This document shows positions 31,767 to 40,934 of a DNA stretch of 64,000 bases, piece by piece; the first letter of the stretch is position 1; each line of letters starts with the position of its first letter. This DNA comes from Cryomorphaceae bacterium. GTDB taxonomy: Bacteria > Pseudomonadota > Gammaproteobacteria > Pseudomonadales > Halieaceae. The DNA lies in assembly GCA_047612385.1 (NCBI GenBank), contig JBLGAR010000007.1, positions 6,533 to 70,532 of the forward strand, given 5' to 3'. The notes under the pieces are model-generated. The model had not been told where the DNA came from, did no database searches, and saw only the letters and a program-made list of their open reading frames with translations. The translations under genes were made by a program, and so were the position numbers.

Positions 31767-33278
31767 TTGACGCAGGAGCAGCAGATCTTGAACGACCCCA
31801 AGCAGCCACAATTACAGCTCAATCTGGCCCTTGCGCTGTGCCCCATCATTATTTTAGTGGCACTGCTGGCCTGCTCTGTCTACTTGTTTGGCTCGGACGC
31901 GTCCTACGGCGCAAACCAAATCGCCCTGGTAATGGCAACCTGCGTTGCGGCGCTGGTAGGTCGCAGGCTTGGGCTGCCGTGGAAGACAGCCCAAGAGGGC
32001 ATCATTATGGGTATCGGAGTTGGCTTGGGGCCTACGCTGATATTACTTTCTGTGGGAATGCTAATCGGCACATGGATTTTAAGCGGTACCGTTCCCACAA
32101 TGATTTACTACGGCGTGCAATTTCTCAATCCAGCCATTTTTTACGCTGCAAGCGCGCTCATCTGCGCCATGGTTGCAATCAGCATTGGCAGCTCCTGGAC
32201 GGTAGCGGGAACATTGGGAATAGGGCTAATGGGCATCTCAAGCAGCTTTGAGCTCTCACCGGCCATCACCGCCGGAGCAATCATCTCCGGTGCCTATTTC
32301 GGAGACAAACTTTCCCCGATGTCCGATACCACCAACCTTGCCTCAGCGGCAACGGGCGTTGATTTATTCGACCACATTCGCCATATGCTGTGGACTACAA
32401 TTCCCAGCTTCACAATAGCGCTCGTTATATTCGCACTCATCGGTAGCTCAGACGCATCTACCCCCGACGAGATAGAAGCACTTAAGCAGAGCATGCTCAA
32501 CGAATTTAATCTCGGAGTTCACCTACTCCTGCCCCTGGTGGTAATGCTGGTACTCATTTACAAGCGCTTCCCAGCGTACCCCTCTATCGTCATTAGCGCC
32601 CTGACTGGAGCCGTATTTGCGTTGGTATTTCAACCCGATTCGGTAGTCATGCTAGCGGGCGATGTAGAGGGCTTGAGCAAACCTTTTGTTTTGATGAAAG
32701 GTATTTGGATCAGTCTGTTTGATGGATACAGCTCCACCAGCGGCAACAAATTTCTCGACGACTTGCTGAGCAAGGGCGGCATGAGCAGTATGCTCAATAC
32801 GGTTTGGCTGATTATCTGCGCTTTGGGATTTGGCGGTGTGATGGAAAAAACAGGGATTCTTCAGTACTTGCTCAACCTTGCGCTGAAAGGTGTGAAGAGT
32901 AATGGATCGCTAATACTCACCACTGTTGGCACTTGCATCAGCACCAATATTCTCGCGGCAGATCAGTTTATTTCAGTTGCACTGCCGGGCAGAATGTTCA
33001 AAGACGAATATCAGCGTCGAGGTCTATCGGCGCTAAACCTTTCTCGCACCTTGGAAGATTCTGCGACGCTGACCTCTGCACTCATTCCCTGGAACACGTG
33101 CGGGGCTTATATGTCAGCCACCCTGGGTGTCGCGACCTTTAGCTACGCACCCTTCGCATTTTTCAATTATCTATGCCCTCTGATCGCCGTCATCTACGGC
33201 TTTAGCAATATTGCTCAAAAGCCTCTCGAAGAGGATATTGAGCCCACGGTAGAGCAGACAAAAGCAGATCTAGTGTGA
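31767..33278 (+). CDS. nhaC: Na+/H+ antiporter, NhaC family
   Basis: 503 aa with about 11-12 TM segments. NhaC-like blocks are present (GANQIALV, SGAYFGDKLSPMSDTTNLA, IPWNTCGAYM). The annotated start is TTG. Confidence 0.88.
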   Translation: MTQEQQILNDPKQPQLQLNLALALCPIIILVALLACSVYLFGSDASYGANQIALVMATCVAALVGRRLGLPWKTAQEGIIMGIGVGLGPTLILLSVGMLIGTWILSGTVPTMIYYGVQFLNPAIFYAASALICAMVAISIGSSWTVAGTLGIGLMGISSSFELSPAITAGAIISGAYFGDKLSPMSDTTNLASAATGVDLFDHIRHMLWTTIPSFTIALVIFALIGSSDASTPDEIEALKQSMLNEFNLGVHLLLPLVVMLVLIYKRFPAYPSIVISALTGAVFALVFQPDSVVMLAGDVEGLSKPFVLMKGIWISLFDGYSSTSGNKFLDDLLSKGGMSSMLNTVWLIICALGFGGVMEKTGILQYLLNLALKGVKSNGSLILTTVGTCISTNILAADQFISVALPGRMFKDEYQRRGLSALNLSRTLEDSATLTSALIPWNTCGAYMSATLGVATFSYAPFAFFNYLCPLIAVIYGFSNIAQKPLEEDIEPTVEQTKADLV

Positions 33279-33751
33279 GTTCTTCTGTGGTGCAAGATTC
33301 AGCACAGTTGTGGGATCACCCCGAACCCTTCATTTTTGAAACTTCGGTAAAGCCCGAAGATATCGACGGACTCAATCACACCAACAATACGGTCTACGTA
33401 AAATGGTGTGAGCAGGTGGCCTGGGCGCACTCGGTTTCTCTGGGACTGGATCTGGATGCCTACCGCGCAGTGGATCGCGCCATGGTCATCACTTACAGTG
33501 AGTATCACTATCTTGCCGCCTCACACGAGGGGGAGCAGGTTGCAGTGGCTACCTGGATTACGCAGTGGGACCGAAAATTAACCATGGTGCGGGAGTTTCA
33601 GGTGATTCGTCACAGCGATGGCGCAACATTGCTGCGCGCCGGGATGCGGTTTGCCTGCATCGAGTTATCCAACGGACGACCGCGCAGACTACCCCAGCAA
33701 TTTATTGATGGTTACGGACCAGCAGTGCTGACCCAGCAGAGCGAGCAGTAA
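33275..33751 (+). CDS. acyl-CoA thioesterase, 4HBT/YbgC-like hotdog fold
   Basis: 158 aa with DIDGLNHTNNTVYVKW and the overall hotdog pattern. GTG start overlaps the nhaC stop (GTGA). Confidence 0.8.
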   Translation: MSSSVVQDSAQLWDHPEPFIFETSVKPEDIDGLNHTNNTVYVKWCEQVAWAHSVSLGLDLDAYRAVDRAMVITYSEYHYLAASHEGEQVAVATWITQWDRKLTMVREFQVIRHSDGATLLRAGMRFACIELSNGRPRRLPQQFIDGYGPAVLTQQSEQ

Positions 33752-33770
33752 CAGTCTCTCGCTCAAGCAG

Positions 33771-34790
33771 TCAGCAACGACTCCAATCAAATGTAAGTAC
33801 CTCGCGGATATCACGCGTATTGGTCGCAACCATCAACAAACGGTCAATCCCAAGCGCGACACCACTACACGCTGGCAAGCCGTGATCCATTGCCGCTAGA
33901 AGTAACTCATCCAGAGGTCGCACCAATTGCCCAAGCTTTTTACGCCGGACATTGTCGGCGACGAATCGAGCTCGCTGCTCTTTCGCATCGGTCAATTCAC
34001 AATATCCGTTAGCAAGCTCTAGCCCATTGATGTAGAGCTCGAAACGCTGCCCAACGTCTACTCCTCCCGAGGACACTATTTGCGACAAAGCAGCTTGGGA
34101 CGCCGGGTAATCGTAGACAAAGCACATCCCCAGTTCGGCGATTGCGGGCTCTATCAAGTGACTCATCAACAAGTCCAGCCACAAATCGCGATCGGTCGAA
34201 CGAAAATTGACTTCAATCTGGTCCCGAGCGAGGCTCTCAAGGTCAGCATTCGAGGCGACAAAGGGATCAATTTTTAGGAACTCCAAAAATAGCTCGCGAT
34301 AACTAAAACGCCTGATCTCCTGCACACCCAGGGCGCCCTGCACCAGCTGCCCAAGCGCCTCCATCATCTGGTGGTGATCAAATCCAGGCTGATACCACTC
34401 CAATAAAGAAAATTCTGGATTGTGGCGGCTCCCAGCCTCTCCATCTCGAAATGCTTTGGAAATTTGATAAATCGAACCGATGCCAGTCGATAGCATCCGC
34501 TTCATCGCGTATTCAGGGGAAGTTTGCAGGTACCTTTGCTTATCGACGGAACTGCCTCTAGACACACAAAGAGGCTCTATTGCGGGATCGGTCACTCCCG
34601 TTGCGCACAGCAACGGAGTCTCAACTTCAAGTATATGACGTGCGAGAAAAAAAGCGCGGATGTTTGCTAACAGTGTTGCTCTGGCTCGAAGAGCACTCTG
34701 ATTTGCACCGGGCGTCCAGCTGGGCAGATCAGGACTTTCCTGCACGCCCCTGGTACTCCCCGGTGCGAGTATCGATTCGGATGACCTCAC
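33771..34790 (-). CDS. epmA: EF-P--(R)-beta-lysine ligase EpmA (truncated LysRS paralogue)
   Basis: Class II aaRS core without an anticodon domain: [39 protein letters not shown]. The GTG 34790 start overlaps efp by 62 nt. An in-frame GTG at 34745 gives 324 aa (overlap 17 nt) and aligns better with the E. coli N-terminus. Confidence 0.88.
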   Translation of the reverse strand: MRSSESILAPGSTRGVQESPDLPSWTPGANQSALRARATLLANIRAFFLARHILEVETPLLCATGVTDPAIEPLCVSRGSSVDKQRYLQTSPEYAMKRMLSTGIGSIYQISKAFRDGEAGSRHNPEFSLLEWYQPGFDHHQMMEALGQLVQGALGVQEIRRFSYRELFLEFLKIDPFVASNADLESLARDQIEVNFRSTDRDLWLDLLMSHLIEPAIAELGMCFVYDYPASQAALSQIVSSGGVDVGQRFELYINGLELANGYCELTDAKEQRARFVADNVRRKKLGQLVRPLDELLLAAMDHGLPACSGVALGIDRLLMVATNTRDIREVLTFDWSRC

Positions 34791-35298
34791 CCTGATTCAA
34801 AAACAGCGGCACTCGAACAACTGCACCCGTGCTAAGAGTGGCGGGTTTCGAGCCACCCTGAGCAGTGTCTCCCTTTAGACCCGGATCTGTTTCCACCACC
34901 TCCAACTCAACAAAGTTGGCTGGGGCCACCGACAAGGGTGTGCCATTGAACAGGGTGACGTCATAAGTATCCTGCTCCTTCAACCAGAGCTTGGCATCTT
35001 CTATCGCATTGGCATCTGCCTGATGCTGCTCAAAGGTATTGGGTTCCATGAAATACCAAAATTCACCATCGGTGTAGAGGTATTCCATACTCTGTTCCAT
35101 GACGTCAGCAGCTTCAATGTTATCGCCAGACTTGAAGGTTCTCTCCCATACGCGACCCGTCTTCAGATTGCGCAATCGCACGCGAGCGAAAGCCTGACCC
35201 TTACCCGGCTTTACAAATTCATTTTCAAGGATGCTACAGGGATCTCCGTCCAACATTACTTTCAGACCCGAGCGGAAATCATTGGTAGAATACGCCAT
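34729..35298 (-). CDS. efp: elongation factor P
   Basis: The 189-aa [48 protein letters not shown]... is canonical EF-P with Lys at the loop tip (KPGKGQAF). The true ATG is 35298. The 355-aa track ORF is an upstream read-through artefact. Confidence 0.95.
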   Translation of the reverse strand: MAYSTNDFRSGLKVMLDGDPCSILENEFVKPGKGQAFARVRLRNLKTGRVWERTFKSGDNIEAADVMEQSMEYLYTDGEFWYFMEPNTFEQHQADANAIEDAKLWLKEQDTYDVTLFNGTPLSVAPANFVELEVVETDPGLKGDTAQGGSKPATLSTGAVVRVPLFLNQGEVIRIDTRTGEYQGRAGKS

Positions 35299-35333
35299 TA
35301 CTCTCTCTTTTTGCTGATCTACAAAGGCGGCCA

Positions 35334-36347
35334 ATGATACCCCACACTGATGCTCAATGGCAGACCTTACCTTGGCAGGTGGAAATGCGGAACGCCATTC
35401 GAAGTTCAGCTGAACTGCGGGAATTCCTGGCACTGGAACACGATGATGCCTTCGAGGACAGCTGTGCCGCAAAGGACTTTCCGGTACTCGTACCCAAGCC
35501 ATATGCCCGGCGCATGAAACCGGGAGACCCACACGACCCTCTGCTGTTGCAGGTACTGGGGTCAGGCGCTGAATTATCCAGCCCTTCGGACTACGCCCTG
35601 GACCCCTTACAGGAAGGGGACAAAAATCCTCTACCAGGACTGATACATAAATATCATGGACGAGTACTGCTGATTGCGGCCTCGGGTTGCGCCGTAAACT
35701 GTCGTTATTGCTTTCGGCGTCATTTTGACTACAGCGCAAATAGCCCCTCCAGAGCACATTGGCCGGATACCTTAAGCTACATCGAAAAAGACTCAAGCAT
35801 CAGCGAAGTGATTCTCAGTGGCGGTGATCCGCTGTTATTGCCCGACAACATTATCGCCGAACTGATCGGACAGATTGCATCTATCGGGCATATCAAGCGA
35901 TTGCGTATACACACCCGCCTCCCTGTTGTACTGCCCGCCAGAATAACCCCTGAGCTGTGTGAAATACTTTCAGAATCACGATTCAGGCCTGTGATGGTCA
36001 TTCATTGCAACCATCCCAATGAAGTGGATGATGCCTTGCGCGACGCGATCGATCACTTAAGCAGTGCCGGCGTCACAGTGCTGAACCAATCTGTACTATT
36101 GGCCGGTGTAAACGATGATCCACAGTGTCTGGCCGAGCTCAGCGAGGCGCTTTTTGAAACGGGGGTTATGCCCTACTATCTACACATGCTCGACAAAGTG
36201 CGAGGCGCAGCGCATTTCGCGGTACCCGAGGCTCGCGCACTGGACATATATCGCCAACTTATCAGCCTCAGCTCAGGATATTTGGTTCCGAGACTAGTAA
36301 GGGAGTGCCCCAACCAGCCCTCCAAGGTACCCCTTTCACCCTATTAG
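35334..36347 (+). CDS. epmB: EF-P beta-lysylation protein EpmB (lysine 2,3-aminomutase family, radical SAM)
   Basis: 337 aa with the radical-SAM cluster [17 protein letters not shown], and a YjeK-like C-terminus. It is divergent from efp. ATG 35385 (MRNAIRSS) is an alternative start. Confidence 0.9.
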   Translation: MIPHTDAQWQTLPWQVEMRNAIRSSAELREFLALEHDDAFEDSCAAKDFPVLVPKPYARRMKPGDPHDPLLLQVLGSGAELSSPSDYALDPLQEGDKNPLPGLIHKYHGRVLLIAASGCAVNCRYCFRRHFDYSANSPSRAHWPDTLSYIEKDSSISEVILSGGDPLLLPDNIIAELIGQIASIGHIKRLRIHTRLPVVLPARITPELCEILSESRFRPVMVIHCNHPNEVDDALRDAIDHLSSAGVTVLNQSVLLAGVNDDPQCLAELSEALFETGVMPYYLHMLDKVRGAAHFAVPEARALDIYRQLISLSSGYLVPRLVRECPNQPSKVPLSPY

Positions 36348-36437
36348 AGAGATTGCAGTGGAAAAAACCGTGGTGAATGCGATATTCTTAGGTGCTGTTA
36401 GCCACAAAATGCTAACCCTGGATAGAGCCAAGGCAAC

Positions 36438-38237
36438 ATGATAAATAGCGCGCCAATAAAACTCCGTATACCAGAGCAGGATCTGGAAGATTTCTCGTTA
36501 TTTGATTTGACGGCCGATGCAGCAATACTCTGGGCACGGAGCCTCCGTGTTGCCAACACCAAGGCGGTGGTGCAGCAACTCAGACAGGCGATAGAGGATC
36601 TGAATCGGCTTGTGATATCTCCGGATGTCCGCTTTGGCATTATGGAGGCGTTGAGGCCAGGCCTGCACATCGGGTTGGCCGCGCTTACCAAGCGTTTTCT
36701 CAATCAACCGCTGGTGCTCCCTGAAGAGCCCAAGCAAATGTCTGAACTGGCCAGTACGCTTTACCGCTTGGCCACAACGGCTTATACCATCGTCGCTCTT
36801 CAAGCGATTAATCAGCGGGACAGTCTCCAGAACGTTAATCCCGCCAGACTGGTTTGCGAGTCTTTACAGCGAGCCGTCGGTTTTGCTGGCCGCAAAATAC
36901 TGCAAAGCTATCAGCTGTATCAACCCATTGAGTCACAGGGCTGGCTCGAGCTACACCAACTGTATGCGCTGGCGGAACGCCAACAATTGGCCGATCTCCT
37001 TGTCTCCGATAACCTTCACGGAGATAGCACCATTAAGAATGCCTATCTTAGAGCGATAATGCTGTCGTGCTGCAAGCCAAACCAGCTGCGTCAAACCGAT
37101 TTGGCCGGGATCTTTCGCGGACTGCTTGATTGGAGTGGATCGATAAGTTTAGGGCGCGAAGATAGCGCTCTGTTTCAGGTCAACTTGGGCAGAGATCAAG
37201 CCCCTATTTACAGCGCGCTTATATCGGCTGCTTCCGGGCCAAACTATCGCTCTATCGACACCAGCGAGCTTCTTAAGCGCCTAGAGAGTTTAAAGAATAC
37301 CGATGACCACACTCGCCTGGTATTCGACAAAGACACTTCCCTCTCAGCCAATATGCTGGATCACTTGACAGACTCACTCGGTACTATGTCGAAGCGAAAC
37401 TTTGCTCGCGATAGCTCGGAAAGTACCTTGTGGATAACGCTGGGACTAACCAATGCACACTATTTTATTGCCGGGGGCCTCACCTTAGACCAGCTTATCT
37501 ACGGCGCGCAGAACGATGAAAACGAGCAGAGCAAATCAAATCCGTTTATGGAGCCCGTAAAAAAACAAGACTCATGGGAACAGGTCAACCCTCATGCGAA
37601 TTCAGACCGGGACAACGACAACTACCACGTAGAGGAGGTGTTTGTAGACGCCACCACGATGGCCAACCTCGAACATCGAAAACCCGAATTATCAGCGCGT
37701 GAACGACATCAGGCCTTCGCCGTGAAAATGATAGACGCCAGTCCCGGTGGATATTGTGTGGAGTGGTCCAAGGAGCTCCCAGGCGACATTAAGGCCGGAG
37801 ACATTGTCAGTATTCGAGATTATGAAAATGCAGAGTGGGTTGTCGCCGTTACGCGGTGGGTGAGCCAGTTACAAAACGCCCGAACCCTGGTCGGTGTTGA
37901 ACTGTTGAGCCCCAAGGCGATGCCTTACGGCGCCAAAGTTTTGCAGACCACCGGCCAGGAAATCGAGCCGATTCGCGTGCTGCTGCTGCCCGAAATCAAA
38001 TTAGTCGGACAACCGCATACATTGATCACCCCTAGGGTTGGACTAAAAGAACGACAGAAAGTCAGCTTGATAAGAGAGGGCGAACAATTCTACGTCCAAC
38101 TGGTGCGCCAGGTAGCAGCTACCTCCAGCTACGTTCAGTTCGACTTCCGCTATATCAAACTCTTAGAAGATGTAATCGCCGAGGATAAGGCCGGCCCGCT
38201 AAGCGCTGCCTATGATTCCCTGTGGACAAATATTTGA
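36438..38237 (+). CDS. hypothetical 599-aa protein with a degenerate PilZ-like C-terminal region
   Basis: A long intact ORF with codon usage like its neighbours. It has a helical N-terminal two-thirds and an acidic low-complexity insert (aa 355-400). DASPGG (the DxSxxG pattern of PilZ) is at aa 433-438 and RNFAR (RxxxR) at aa 320-324, but the spacing is non-canonical. The function call is weak. Confidence 0.55.
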   Translation: MINSAPIKLRIPEQDLEDFSLFDLTADAAILWARSLRVANTKAVVQQLRQAIEDLNRLVISPDVRFGIMEALRPGLHIGLAALTKRFLNQPLVLPEEPKQMSELASTLYRLATTAYTIVALQAINQRDSLQNVNPARLVCESLQRAVGFAGRKILQSYQLYQPIESQGWLELHQLYALAERQQLADLLVSDNLHGDSTIKNAYLRAIMLSCCKPNQLRQTDLAGIFRGLLDWSGSISLGREDSALFQVNLGRDQAPIYSALISAASGPNYRSIDTSELLKRLESLKNTDDHTRLVFDKDTSLSANMLDHLTDSLGTMSKRNFARDSSESTLWITLGLTNAHYFIAGGLTLDQLIYGAQNDENEQSKSNPFMEPVKKQDSWEQVNPHANSDRDNDNYHVEEVFVDATTMANLEHRKPELSARERHQAFAVKMIDASPGGYCVEWSKELPGDIKAGDIVSIRDYENAEWVVAVTRWVSQLQNARTLVGVELLSPKAMPYGAKVLQTTGQEIEPIRVLLLPEIKLVGQPHTLITPRVGLKERQKVSLIREGEQFYVQLVRQVAATSSYVQFDFRYIKLLEDVIAEDKAGPLSAAYDSLWTNI

Positions 38238-38244
38238 GACAGGA

Positions 38245-39468
38245 CTAATACTCCTCGTTCTCTGCATAGCGATCCGAAATACCCAGCAAGTACAATATAG
38301 CATCTAGCCCGAGCGTAGATATTGACTGCTCAGCAGACTGCTTGACCAATGGCTTGGCTCTAAAAGCAATACCCAATCCTGCAATACTGAGCATGGGAAG
38401 ATCGTTCGCACCATCTCCCACTGCAATGACCTGCTGCAGATCGATGCCTGCTTCGCCTGCCAGCTGCCGCAACAATGCCGCCTTGCGCGCACCATCGACA
38501 ATTTCTCCGCGGACCTGCCCGGTCACGACCCCGTCGACGATATCCAGGTCATTGGCATAGATATAGTCAATACCAAGCTTCTTTTGGAGATACCGAGCGA
38601 AGTAGGTAAAGCCCCCAGAAAGGATTGCGGTTTTGTAGCCCAGGGCCCTCAGCGTCGCAATGAGGTGCTCCGCACCCTCAGTAATCTTTAGGTTCGCCGC
38701 AACTTCAGCCAATATGGAACTGTCCAAACCTTGCAACAGCGCAACACGAGCCCTGAAGCTTTCGGAGAAATCCAATTCTCCTCGCATAGCGCTTTCTGTA
38801 ATGGCGCTCACCTGCTCACCTACCCCGGCGGCTTTAGCAAGCTCATCTATTACCTCGGCCTCAATCAAAGTTGAATCCATGTCAAAGGCCACTAGTCGGC
38901 GATTGCGCCGATACATATTGTCTTGCTGAAAAGCCAGATCGACATCTAGCGCCCCCGCTACCTCCAGTAGATCCCGACGAAAAACATCAACATCCAGCAG
39001 CCTTCCCCGAACGGAAAATTCCACGCAAGCTTTGCTGAGCGCAGGCAATTCTCCGAGGGGAATTCTTCCCGAAAGGCGGCTGATCCCATCAATATTGAGT
39101 TCATGTCGAGCCACCACGGCAGTCACCTGTGACAGTTGACTGGCGGTAAGCTTGCGAGCCAGTAGTGTAATGATGTATCGGGCTCGCCCCTGACCACCAA
39201 CCCAGTGTTCATAGCTGTCGGGGCTAATGTCACGAAATCGGGATTTTAGCCCTTCCGATTTAGCGAATTCAGAAATGGCTGCAACGACGGCCGGGCGATC
39301 CTGCTCCAGCGGCACCTCAACGAGCACCCCAATCGTCAAGCTATCGTGAATAACAGCCTGGCCGATGTCCAACACGTTAACATCACGCTGGGCCAGCAAA
39401 GCGGTAATGTTGGCAGTGAGTCCAGGTTGGTCTGCACCTGAAATAGTAATCAATAGAATGTCGTTCAC
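38245..39468 (-). CDS. serB: phosphoserine phosphatase with two N-terminal ACT domains
   Basis: 407 aa. HAD motifs DMDSTLI, SGGF and GDGANDL are present. The N-terminal ACT-like repeats (ILLITISGADQPGLT...) match Pseudomonas/Mycobacterium-type SerB. Confidence 0.92.
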   Translation of the reverse strand: MNDILLITISGADQPGLTANITALLAQRDVNVLDIGQAVIHDSLTIGVLVEVPLEQDRPAVVAAISEFAKSEGLKSRFRDISPDSYEHWVGGQGRARYIITLLARKLTASQLSQVTAVVARHELNIDGISRLSGRIPLGELPALSKACVEFSVRGRLLDVDVFRRDLLEVAGALDVDLAFQQDNMYRRNRRLVAFDMDSTLIEAEVIDELAKAAGVGEQVSAITESAMRGELDFSESFRARVALLQGLDSSILAEVAANLKITEGAEHLIATLRALGYKTAILSGGFTYFARYLQKKLGIDYIYANDLDIVDGVVTGQVRGEIVDGARKAALLRQLAGEAGIDLQQVIAVGDGANDLPMLSIAGLGIAFRAKPLVKQSAEQSISTLGLDAILYLLGISDRYAENEEY

Positions 39469-39558
39469 AACAGTTACCGCAAATCATCGAGATGCCTATT
39501 CTACCCGCTGGCTGAGATCACTGGAAATCTGTTCGCAAAGATCGGAAATTGTACCCAA

Positions 39559-40899
39559 TTGATTCGAAACAATAGCCGCCCGAACAAGAGGTCTGGTTTA
39601 TACTGGTCGACTCTAAATCATAAAATGACCTATGGCCGCGTGTACAATACCATTCGCAATTTAAGGCTCTCGCAACAACTGGCGATTATCGCATTCGGAC
39701 TCTGTCTCGCCATCGGCATGGCGTTGGTTGCACTGGCGGCAACTTCCAGCAAACACATGCAGTTAGCGCAGCAGGATATCTACGGGGCCGCGCTGGCCCA
39801 ACAAATTTCCACGCGAGTGACCGCTGCACTGGAGTCAGGAGATCTGCTAAGTGTAAAAGCCTCCCTCGAGCAGTTTGTGGAGACCACCCCAACACAGGAG
39901 GCTGCCATCTTTGATATCGAAGGCAATCCACTGGGTCAGGCGGGCTCCTATCTGGGCCATAGCCCACTGCAGTATCAAGCGCAAGTTAAAATAGGCGGCG
40001 ACACCGCTGGCCATGTGCAAATCACACTGGGTATCGACCAGGCGGTGGCCGCTCATCGACGCTTTGTCTTCACGCTATTGGGGTTGGCGATTCTGCTCGC
40101 TTTGGCGGCCTACGGTGCAATTCGTAATCTAGGACAGCGGCTGTCGAGTCAACTCACCACCCTCAGTGACGCGATTACCCTTGAACCGTACACCAGCTCC
40201 AGCCCAACAATAGTATCGCGCAACGAAATAGATCAGCTCAAAAACAGCATCAATGCGCTGCCAATGGACTTATTACGCGCGCGAAAATCGGTGACACCAG
40301 CACATGAAAACTACCGGGCGACTGCGGTGTTATACCTTCAGCTTAACTCCCTGGTGGATTATGTAGACACCCTGGATCAGCACTCACTGCAGCGCTATAC
40401 GGATAGGCTTCATCAGATAGTGTATGGCGCGGCTGGATTTTATTCAGGCGATTTACAGGTGGTACGGCAATTTGGTCTTGCGGTGTATTTTAGCGGTAAA
40501 AGCCCCGCCGGAAGCTCGGTATTCAGGGCCGCGTCCTGCGCCTGGCTGGTTCGCGAACTCAGCGCGGAGCTGGAAAAAAAATTGCCCGTATCCATGTCAG
40601 TTGCGATGGCCATTTCCCAGAGCGAAATGGGAGTGGGCGACGAAAGGGATATCTACCCAGGCCTATATCTACAGCACACGCTGGATGAACTACAGGCTAT
40701 ATGCGCGCTCAAACCTCCAAACATTTTGTTGGCGCCCAAAGCCTGTGAGGATGTTGACATTGCTGGCCGTGTAGAGTTTCGGGAAACGGAACTTGAAAAC
40801 TACCAAATGCTGGTAGACTTTGAAGGCCCATATCGAGATTTACTGGAGCGGCAATTGCGACTTATATGGAAACGCCTTACGGAGCTTTCGAAGAAATAA
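39559..40899 (+). CDS. Smp/YtjB (AhpA)-like membrane protein with HAMP-like linker and degenerate class III cyclase-like C-terminal domain
   Basis: 446 aa with TM helices at about aa 40-62 and 168-187 flanking a roughly 105-aa periplasmic segment. It is divergent from serB, like E. coli smp. The region at aa 250-446 aligns by eye to a cyclase homology domain but lacks the metal-binding Asp residues. The start is uncertain (TTG 39559 versus ATG 39625). Confidence 0.6.
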   Translation: MIRNNSRPNKRSGLYWSTLNHKMTYGRVYNTIRNLRLSQQLAIIAFGLCLAIGMALVALAATSSKHMQLAQQDIYGAALAQQISTRVTAALESGDLLSVKASLEQFVETTPTQEAAIFDIEGNPLGQAGSYLGHSPLQYQAQVKIGGDTAGHVQITLGIDQAVAAHRRFVFTLLGLAILLALAAYGAIRNLGQRLSSQLTTLSDAITLEPYTSSSPTIVSRNEIDQLKNSINALPMDLLRARKSVTPAHENYRATAVLYLQLNSLVDYVDTLDQHSLQRYTDRLHQIVYGAAGFYSGDLQVVRQFGLAVYFSGKSPAGSSVFRAASCAWLVRELSAELEKKLPVSMSVAMAISQSEMGVGDERDIYPGLYLQHTLDELQAICALKPPNILLAPKACEDVDIAGRVEFRETELENYQMLVDFEGPYRDLLERQLRLIWKRLTELSKK

Positions 40900-40934
40900 A
40901 CCTTCGCACTATCACTCCGGGCTATCGCTCCGGG

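Noticed and set aside
31634-32251. 205-aa plus-strand ORF upstream of and overlapping nhaC
   Set aside because: It is out of frame with the NhaC ORF and has Arg/Gly/Ala-rich composition. NhaC shows coherent TM helices and family motifs, so this is an alternative-frame artefact.
35299-35796. 166-aa N-terminal extension of efp in the 355-aa track ORF
   Set aside because: Canonical EF-P starts at MAYSTNDF (ATG 35298). The extension runs antisense through the epmB 5' end and is Pro/Arg/Ser-rich nonsense.
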